A stretch of DNA of 17,884 nt, taken from IMG/VR virus record IMGVR_UViG_3300045988_145198; one strand, written 5' to 3'. Under the pieces are notes generated by a model. The model made no database searches. It was not told where the DNA came from and worked only from the letters and a program-made list of their open reading frames with translations. This document shows, piece after piece, positions 1-4,975 of this stretch; the stretch's first letter is position 1, and every line of letters starts with the position of its first letter. The stretch is from a virus. A program made the position numbers and the translations under genes.

Positions 1-119
1 GTCATGTTGCGGCTTATCTCGCGGCCGCGCGCGTTCTGCACGTCGATGTTGCGGGCGATGCTCAGCATCGATGAATAGATGAAGTCGGCCATCGGGTTCT
101 CGGCCTTGCCGTCCCGGTA
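1..119. repeat. Terminal direct repeat, copy 1 (identical to 17766-17884)
   Basis: Read base by base: gtcatgttgcggcttatctcgcgg...gccttgccgtcccggta occurs at both window ends. Confidence 0.95.
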
Positions 120-200
120 CTCCTTGATGAACTCCCGTGTGGCCTTTTCCTGCGGTCCTTCGATCAGTCCCGCGTTCTCCAAGCCCTCGAAACCTGTCAT
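1..200 (-). CDS. 5' part of a 98-aa protein directly upstream of TerL (small terminase candidate); continues across the junction into 17669-17765
   Basis: ATG at 198-200 (minus strand) with GGAG about 11 nt upstream. My translation is MTGFEGLENAGLIEGPQEKATREFIKEYRDGKAENP, then MADFIYSS..., which joins in frame to track ORF 17669-17857. The product call rests on position only. Confidence 0.6.
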   Translation of the reverse strand, partial: MTGFEGLENAGLIEGPQEKATREFIKEYRDGKAENPMADFIYSSMLSIARNIDVQNARGREISRNM

Positions 201-371
201 GAGAAATTGCTCCAATCACAGTAATGGTGTATATTCCCTGTTTGAAGCATTTTCATAGCCTGATTTTGGGGTGCCGTCCCTATTTTCGGGCTTTTTTTAT
301 TGTTTTGTGGGGAACCAAAAACGGTGGGCGCGGGGTGTTCCTTCGCTTCGCTTCTCAAAAAAAAACGACGG
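201..371. promoter_or_regulatory. AT-rich spacer between the HNH gene and the small-terminase candidate; candidate cos/pac and promoter region
   Basis: Clearly lower GC than its flanks. Contains a T7 run (292-298), an A9 run (357-365), ttttgggg (264-271) and ttttgtgggg (303-312), and cttcg repeated at 341-354. HNH next to terS is typical of cos-type phages. Track ORFs in this region look spurious. Confidence 0.3.
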
Positions 372-1139
372 TCACCATGCCGGCCGCGCCGGTTGCGAGC
401 CGATCGGGCCGGCATCGGGTCCGTTGGCGAGCCCGAGGGCCGCGAGCCTTGACCTGCGAGCCTTGAGCCTCGCATCGATGCCGGTCTGAGTGATGCCCTG
501 CCGGTACCACTGGAGCACGCCGGCCTGCAACCGTTTACCAACGTCCATGCCTCGCGCCCTGAGCCTGTCCATCACCTCCTGCTTGCCGGGGTCGCAGACC
601 GTGATGTCATAGTCCAGGGCGATCCACTCGTCCAGCAGCCGAGGGCTTCGCGGCGTGAAGGGCAGGGTCTTCACCAGCCACAGCTCCACCGGTTCCGTGA
701 CACGCACCATGTGCCGGTAGGCCCCGTACCATGCCCCCGATGCCATACGCCTCACCCATTCCACGGTGACGTGCTCGGCGTCCGAGCCCGGCATCATGGC
801 CTTGGCCAGTGCGTCGAAGTCCAGCACCACGGCCCCCGGTTGCCGGTGCATGTCAACATACGTTGACTTACCGCCAGCCGGAGGGCCGATGACCGCGTGG
901 ATAAGCGCGCCATACCCGTTAAGCGTCCGGTCGCCCCGAAGCGAGTTGCAGTGCTTGCACGCGCGGCGAAGGTTCGCCGGCACGGTGGGCCCGCCCGCGA
1001 TATGCGGCACGATGTGGTCCGTGGTGTCGCTGTGGTTCGTGCAGCCGGGCATCCCCAGCCAGCAGTCGTTGCCCCACCGCTCGATGACCTCGGCCGAGAC
1101 GGCTGGCGGCACACGTTGCCTATCCCTTCTGCCCGGCAT
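372..1139 (-). CDS. HNH endonuclease fused to a P-loop NTPase/kinase-like domain
   Basis: 255 aa. The N-terminal part has CWLGMPGC...DHIVPHIAGG...NLRRACKHCN, an HNH motif with Cys pairs. The C-terminal half has Walker A GPPAGGKST and a Walker-B-like AVVLDFD. ATG at 1139 with GAAAGG upstream. Confidence 0.8.
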   Translation of the reverse strand: MPGRRDRQRVPPAVSAEVIERWGNDCWLGMPGCTNHSDTTDHIVPHIAGGPTVPANLRRACKHCNSLRGDRTLNGYGALIHAVIGPPAGGKSTYVDMHRQPGAVVLDFDALAKAMMPGSDAEHVTVEWVRRMASGAWYGAYRHMVRVTEPVELWLVKTLPFTPRSPRLLDEWIALDYDITVCDPGKQEVMDRLRARGMDVGKRLQAGVLQWYRQGITQTGIDARLKARRSRLAALGLANGPDAGPIGSQPARPAW

Positions 1140-1302
1140 GGCGCCACCTTTCCACCTCGGCGCTCTCGTACCGGACCAGCCTCGTGCCCGGCCAGCGCGT
1201 CCAACGCGGCCCCTTGCCCACTTCCTGCCGCCACTTGCGCACCGTATCCGGCTTCACATGCAACAGTTCGGCCACCTCGGCCGTCGTCAAATACCCCATC
1301 AT
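1120..1302 (-). CDS. Excisionase-family / MerR-like helix-turn-helix DNA-binding protein (60 aa)
   Basis: Track ORF 1120-1428 trimmed to MMGYLTTAEVAELLHVKPDTVRKW...LVRYESAEVERW. GGAGGG lies just upstream of the ATG pair at 1297-1302, and the previous gene stops at 1308. Whether it is Xis or another regulator is unknown. Confidence 0.65.
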   Translation of the reverse strand: MMGYLTTAEVAELLHVKPDTVRKWRQEVGKGPRWTRWPGTRLVRYESAEVERWRHAGQKG

Positions 1303-1307
1303 CCCTC

Positions 1308-1664
1308 CTAGAGCAAACTCATGCGAGACTGCATCTGCACGGTCGGCTGAGCCGCCTCGGCCCTGCGCCTGAATACGCTTACCTGCCCCTGCGCCCACAA
1401 ATCGAACTGGCGTGCGTCCAACGTCCACGCGCCGCCCAGACGACGCACTCCCATGGCCGGCCAGTCGCCGCCCAATGCGGCCAGTTCTATGTCGTTGCGC
1501 AGGTGCAGGACCTTCAACACGCGCATCGAATCGGGCAACCCCGTATGCTGTTCGTCGGCAAGGGCGTTGATGGACAGCCTGAAGCCCTCCAGCAGTTCGG
1601 CCGCGTCATGCGGAGCAGACCAAGGGCTCAACGCCTCGGCAAGGCTCGGATTCGTTCGCGCCAT
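1308..1664 (-). CDS. Hypothetical protein (118 aa)
   Basis: Track ORF 1308-1772 trimmed to MARTNPSLAEAL... The ATG at 1662-1664 shares one base with the TGA of the upstream gene (TGATG coupling). Confidence 0.55.
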   Translation of the reverse strand: MARTNPSLAEALSPWSAPHDAAELLEGFRLSINALADEQHTGLPDSMRVLKVLHLRNDIELAALGGDWPAMGVRRLGGAWTLDARQFDLWAQGQVSVFRRRAEAAQPTVQMQSRMSLL

Positions 1665-1972
1665 CAGTCCACCACCCAAGCCCACGAGCCGGTCCACCGG
1701 GCCAACGCCTGCATGGCCTCGCGCGCATCCCAGCAGCGCATCCCGTACTTGCGGGTCTTCGAGACGGGGCATTGCGCCAACTGCATCATATGGAACGCCT
1801 GGTTGTCGTCGATGCGCCCGTTACGTCTGGTTAGTCCGGCCCAGCGTGCGATCTGCTCGATGGTCACCGCGAACGATTCCGTGGTCTTCCGTGATTCGAT
1901 GAACTCGTTGAGCTTCGGAAGCAACCGGATGGCCGCGTCCTTCAGATTCATCTCGAACGTTGCTCTGCTCAT
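1664..1972 (-). CDS. Hypothetical protein (102 aa), possible HTH
   Basis: ATG at 1970-1972. The segment VTIEQIARWAGLTRRNG looks HTH-like. No family recognised. Confidence 0.55.
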   Translation of the reverse strand: MSRATFEMNLKDAAIRLLPKLNEFIESRKTTESFAVTIEQIARWAGLTRRNGRIDDNQAFHMMQLAQCPVSKTRKYGMRCWDAREAMQALARWTGSWAWVVD

Positions 1973-2175
1973 AATCCGTACCCCTTACGTTGGTTTCTCA
2001 TGTCCCTTTTGGGAGGGAGTGCTGGAGAGGTCAAGACCCGAAGATTCTCGGCCGAGACGCGCGACGCATAATCTCGGCCGAAAATCCTCACGTGGGTCTC
2101 GCTTTCGGTCGGTCGGCCGTCGATTGCAAGAGCAGGCCGAAGCCTGCCGGGAATGGTCCCCAAATCCAGCCCCAC
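1969..2175 (-). CDS. Questionable 68-aa ORF (GTG start)
   Basis: Its stop overlaps the ATG of the next gene (ATGA at 1969-1972), which favours coding. Against this, the start is GTG, hand-counted GC3 is only about 63%, and the stretch is packed with short palindromes. Confidence 0.3.
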   Translation of the reverse strand: MGLDLGTIPGRLRPALAIDGRPTESETHVRIFGRDYASRVSAENLRVLTSPALPPKRDMRNQRKGYGL

Positions 2176-2424
2176 GCGATGCGTGGTGATGCTGCCCGAT
2201 TCCGCCTTTACCAGCGGCTGGATAGGGTCGGTGGCAACCTCTTAGTCTCGCTAATACCGCAGTTGCAATGCGGCTGACCTCGCGCCACCACAGCGCGCCT
2301 AGGTATGCCTAGCCCTAGCCATACGGGGCATCAACGGCGTTACATTCTCGATGGCCCGAATAGCGTCGGGCACGCGGAAAATACGAAAGAATACCGGCGA
2401 ATACCCCGGTGAAAACCGAATAAT
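2176..2424. other. Non-coding, repeat- and hairpin-rich gap in the early/late minus-strand transcription unit
   Basis: Three (a/g)aatac copies lie at exact 10-nt spacing (2380-2384, 2390-2394, 2400-2404). Hairpins are gcccgaatagcgtcgggc (2354-2371) and ccgcagttgcaatgcgg (2257-2273). Three CCTAG occur within 2298-2318. No convincing ORF. Confidence 0.5.
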
Positions 2425-2610
2425 CTACTCGGGGCCGTCCGGCATCACGGCCAGCGCCTCGATCAACGCGCGCACCTCGTCGGCCGTGAACACGTACACC
2501 TTCGAATGGAAGTCGCGACGCCGCGCGTGCGGCGTGATGCACAGCATCAGACAGCCGTTCGCGGTCACCGCGCTCTTGAACACATAACCCAGTTCACCGT
2601 TCGGCATCAT
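2425..2610 (-). CDS. Hypothetical protein (61 aa)
   Basis: The ATGATG at 2605-2610 directly abuts the TGA (2611-2613) of the upstream micro-ORF. No motif recognised. Confidence 0.5.
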   Translation of the reverse strand: MMPNGELGYVFKSAVTANGCLMLCITPHARRRDFHSKVYVFTADEVRALIEALAVMPDGPE

Positions 2611-2724
2611 TCACCCCCTCAGCCACTCGCCAAAACGGATGGCGCACACCGTCACGCCCCACCCGAGCAACACCCACGAAGCCGCCAACACCAGCAGCAC
2701 CGACTGACAGCACTTCCTAAACAT
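2611..2724 (-). CDS. 37-aa single-pass membrane peptide (not in ORF track)
   Basis: My translation is MFRKCCQSVLLVLAASWVLLGWGVTVCAIRFGEWLRG. Its ATG (2722-2724) overlaps the end of the upstream ORF, and its stop abuts the next ATG. Confidence 0.45.
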   Translation of the reverse strand: MFRKCCQSVLLVLAASWVLLGWGVTVCAIRFGEWLRG

Positions 2725-2890
2725 CCAGACCTCGATTCAACCGGCCGGACAGGCGCTCCGGCATATCCGCCAGCACCAGCACGGCACACGAACACGTCAC
2801 GCCCAACAACAGCCAGAAACCCACCACAGCGAAAATCAGGGCGACGAACACCGCGCAGAACAACAGGAACCGCTTATACAACCCGTGCAT
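2717..2890 (-). CDS. 57-aa hydrophobic membrane protein (not in ORF track)
   Basis: My translation is MHGLYKRFLLFCAVFVALIFAVVGFWLLLGVTCSCAVLVLADMPERLSGRLNRGLDV. The ATG at 2888-2890 overlaps the upstream gene by 17 nt. Confidence 0.5.
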   Translation of the reverse strand: MHGLYKRFLLFCAVFVALIFAVVGFWLLLGVTCSCAVLVLADMPERLSGRLNRGLDV

Positions 2891-3086
2891 GCTTCGCCTC
2901 CCGGATCACCCTGGCGAACTCGCGGTTGATACGCACCATGTCGCCCATACTCAAACCGCCCAACGCGAAGTAATCCCCATCGACACTGAACCGAATACCG
3001 AACTCGTAGGGGCTGCCGCCATCGCCGGTCAGCTTGAACTCCGCGCTGAAACGGTTCCCGCTGGACTCAGGATCAAACACTGACAC
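2874..3086 (-). CDS. Hypothetical protein (about 70 aa)
   Basis: Track ORF 2874-3179 trimmed to a GTG at 3084-3086 with GGAGGAG (3094-3100) 7 nt upstream. Sequence VSVFDPESSGNRFSAEFKLTGDGGSPYEFGIRFSVDGDYFALGG... The start is uncertain. Confidence 0.5.
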   Translation of the reverse strand: MSVFDPESSGNRFSAEFKLTGDGGSPYEFGIRFSVDGDYFALGGLSMGDMVRINREFARVIREAKHARVV

Positions 3087-3246
3087 CTGCGTACTCCTCC
3101 CACGCCTCATTGAGCGCGTCCTGCCACTGGAACAAATCAGCGGTATCCAGCAGCACTTCCAAATGCACGCCGGGACCATGAAAATTCAGTATTTCCACGG
3201 AAAACCGGTAGTCCTGATTAAGCGAGACCCGAATATGCGTATCCAC
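3073..3246 (-). CDS. Hypothetical protein (57 aa, GTG start; not in ORF track)
   Basis: My translation is VDTHIRVSLNQDYRFSVEILNFHGPGVHLEVLLDTADLFQWQDALNEAWEEYAGVSV. GGAGG lies 6 nt upstream of the GTG at 3244-3246. It is the first gene of the micro-gene operon. Confidence 0.45.
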   Translation of the reverse strand: MDTHIRVSLNQDYRFSVEILNFHGPGVHLEVLLDTADLFQWQDALNEAWEEYAGVSV

Positions 3247-3353
3247 GGCAAACCTCCATCGGTCGAATGATTAAAAAGGGTTCCTTCCCCCGACGTAGGC
3301 TTGAAAAGGAAGAACCAAGCCACATGACGAACGAACGAAGGAAGGAAGAATCA

Positions 3354-4037
3354 ATGGATAATCCCGCCGAATACATGCTCCAGTTCTTCAACTGCGAAGA
3401 GCGGGAAGACGGGTTCGACGACAACATCTCCAAGGCGTTCGGGCAGATGCACGATACTGAAACGTGCCTCAACGACCTGCTAAGCATGAACGTCAGACGA
3501 CTAGATACGGCTAAAAGTGTCATGCCCGGAATCTGGGAGAAACTATGGGCGTCATACGCCAACGCACAAGGGAATGGTGCCCTGGTCAGTTTTGACATGA
3601 AGCCACGCCGGGAGCTCACGCTGGACGCGGCACAACGGCAGGCATTGGAAACGATTGCGGACAAAACGCCGGCGCTACCCATGAAACCGTCGCCAGACAA
3701 TATCCAATCGGTCGGGGACTTCCTCGACGAAGCCATCAAGGCGGTGAGGGAAGATGACACTCTTCCCGATGATTTGCGACTCTTCATCATGAGGCTCACA
3801 TATGAAGCGCGACGGAATCTTGACGAATACGCAGCAGGCAACGACTTCGAGCTGAGGGAAGCGATACAGAAACTATTCGGCCTCCTATACGTAGCCGAAA
3901 CCCAAACAAGCAAGCCCGGAATCTGGGAAAAGCTCAAGAGTGCTGCAGTTAAGCCTTTCGTCGCGGCGTTGCTTGCCGAAGCAGCAAAACAAGTCGCAAG
4001 TGGCACGGCACAAGCCTTCCTGCAAATCACTTCCTGA
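3354..4037 (+). CDS. Low-GC orphan protein (227 aa from ATG 3354; alternative starts 3267 and 3324), moron-like
   Basis: The plus frame has balanced, acidic, helix-like composition, while the antisense ORF 3218-4048 is Ser/Ala-rich shadow. AAGGAAGGAAG precedes ATG 3354. The internal motif PGIWEKL occurs twice. No family recognised. Confidence 0.65.
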   Translation: MDNPAEYMLQFFNCEEREDGFDDNISKAFGQMHDTETCLNDLLSMNVRRLDTAKSVMPGIWEKLWASYANAQGNGALVSFDMKPRRELTLDAAQRQALETIADKTPALPMKPSPDNIQSVGDFLDEAIKAVREDDTLPDDLRLFIMRLTYEARRNLDEYAAGNDFELREAIQKLFGLLYVAETQTSKPGIWEKLKSAAVKPFVAALLAEAAKQVASGTAQAFLQITS

Positions 4038-4044
4038 CGTGCGA

Positions 4045-4275
4045 TCATGAGGTCATCCCCTCATAGAGCGAAACGGAAGCGAGCAACGCGCCGCCCATGG
4101 AGCAGAAGGCGTTGCCCCACATCTTCGCCACTTCAGGGGTGTCCAGCAAAGTATCCAATGATGATTCATCCAGCTTCTGAACCTTGCCGTCGCTACCGAC
4201 TGTGAAGTTCAGAAGCTCCACCGTGTCACCATCCGACATCTCGGCTCGAAGATACATTCGACGAATGTTCGCCAT
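4045..4275 (-). CDS. Hypothetical protein (76 aa) downstream of the Cro-like gene
   Basis: Track ORF 4045-4332 trimmed to MANIRRMYLRAEMSDGD... The ATG at 4273-4275 shares one base with the TGA of the upstream XRE gene. Confidence 0.55.
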   Translation of the reverse strand: MANIRRMYLRAEMSDGDTVELLNFTVGSDGKVQKLDESSLDTLLDTPEVAKMWGNAFCSMGGALLASVSLYEGMTS

Positions 4276-4511
4276 CACGCCACCTCCAAAGGCTTGAGGC
4301 CCAGGAGGGCGTCGCTGGGGACGCCGAGCCAATGGGAAAGGCTGAAGATTTCTGCATCGTTGAAACGAATCTTGCCGGTCAGCTTGTTCGACAAGGTGGA
4401 TTCAGAGATACCGAGCATATCGGCGGCATCCTTTTGGGTATGTCCTTGTGCGGCTAGTGTCGCTCGGACTCTCCGAGCTAAATTCGTCTGAAACGAACTA
4501 GATTCATTCAT
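4275..4511 (-). CDS. XRE-family HTH protein, Cro-like partner of the switch (78 aa)
   Basis: QKDAADMLGISESTLSNKLTGK is a classic XRE HTH. ATG 4509-4511 is preferred because a TATAAA (plus-strand tttata, 4519-4524) sits 7 nt upstream, suggesting a leaderless start. The track start at 4547 is a TTG. Confidence 0.75.
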   Translation of the reverse strand: MNESSSFQTNLARRVRATLAAQGHTQKDAADMLGISESTLSNKLTGKIRFNDAEIFSLSHWLGVPSDALLGLKPLEVA

Positions 4512-4600
4512 GGCAGCTTTTATAGCACGGCGTGGTGCGTTAAACAAGAATTCTGCGTGTCGTCAGTGTAGAAAATTCGCTTTATGCTAATCTTGTTCGC
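4512..4600. promoter_or_regulatory. Divergent promoter/operator region of the rep-cro switch
   Basis: Candidate -10 for rep is TATGCT (4583-4588), 12 nt before ATG 4601. For the cro-like gene, candidate -10 is TATAAA and -35 is TTGTTT (4542-4547) with a 17-nt spacer. The 7-bp inverted half-sites aacaaga (4543-4549) and tcttgtt (4591-4597) overlap these elements. A related palindrome, cttgttcgacaag, lies at 4383-4395. Confidence 0.4.
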
Positions 4601-4957
4601 ATGACAGCAGTTATGGAAGCCCCGCGAGCGGCTGAGCCGGCAGCGGGCAAGGCAGATGATTTACAGGCGATTGTCACGCGCAATATTCGGGTTGCGATGG
4701 CTCTTCGCGGCGTGAATCAGAAGGATTTAGCCAAGGTTCTAGGGATAGCCACGTCGAGTATGTCCCAGAAATTCACGGGTAAGACATTGTGGAATCTGGT
4801 GGATATAGAAAAAGCCTCAGGTTTCTTCAATGTGAAACCTGAGGCGTTGGTAGCGGGGCATGGATTTGAACCATGGACCTCTGGTAACGTTGTTGCCCAG
4901 AGGTCCACGGTTCAAATCCATGAAGCCCGATTATTTGATTTTATCCTAGCGGCGTAA
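4601..4957 (+). CDS. XRE-family repressor, viral (attP-spanning) form of 118 aa with ssrA-like C-terminus
   Basis: The HTH is QKDLAKVLGIATSSMSQKFTGK. Codons 83-95 are encoded by the tRNA-like attP core. The ORF ends ...EARLFDFILAA. It is divergent from a second XRE gene and lies immediately upstream of int. Confidence 0.8.
   Translation: MTAVMEAPRAAEPAAGKADDLQAIVTRNIRVAMALRGVNQKDLAKVLGIATSSMSQKFTGKTLWNLVDIEKASGFFNVKPEALVAGHGFEPWTSGNVVAQRSTVQIHEARLFDFILAA
4848..4884 (-). other. tRNA 3'-end fragment = presumed attP core
   Basis: The minus strand reads CCAG-AGGTC-CATGG-TTCAAAT-CCATG-CCCCGCT-A-CCA. These are the anticodon-stem 3' strand, variable loop, a perfect T arm, the acceptor 3' strand, the discriminator and CCA. 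There is no D arm or anticodon arm, so it is not a gene. It lies 92 nt from int. Confidence 0.75.
4859..4922. repeat. 26-bp inverted repeat (one mismatch) with 12-nt spacer, built from the tRNA T arm
   Basis: catggatttgaaccatggacctctgg (4859-4884) and ccagaggtccacggttcaaatccatg (4897-4922). The spacer is taacgttgttgc. Confidence 0.9.
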
Positions 4958-4975
4958 TGCCGCCGGCCGCCAAGG

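Noticed and set aside
357-420. A9/T9 run after the HNH stop as an intrinsic terminator
   Set aside because: No GC-rich hairpin directly abuts the U tract on the minus strand. The nearest stem, ccggc-gcg-gccgg, is about 14 nt away. Termination there would also cut off the packaging genes.
197-541. Track ORFs 197-541 (-), 224-466 (+) and 271-489 (+)
   Set aside because: They span the AT-rich spacer and the HNH 3' end in wrong frames. They have no RBS and implausible composition.
3218-4048. 276-aa minus-strand ORF covering the low-GC gene
   Set aside because: The translation is Ser/Ala/Leu-rich and low in complexity with no start context. The plus-strand frame has a strong RBS and protein-like composition.
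4512-4547. TTG-initiated 12-codon extension of the Cro-like gene (track start 4547)
   Set aside because: The start codon is TTG and the extension would cover the candidate -10 and -35 elements. ATG 4511 sits 7 nt after a TATAAA box, consistent with a leaderless transcript.
4897-4930. Plus-strand tRNA-like segment (ccagaggtccacggttcaaatccatgaagcccga) as a tRNA gene or second attP core
   Set aside because: The T stem has a C-A mismatch. The acceptor-like part is followed by tta rather than CCA, and there is no D arm or anticodon arm. It is the inverted copy of the authentic minus-strand fragment.
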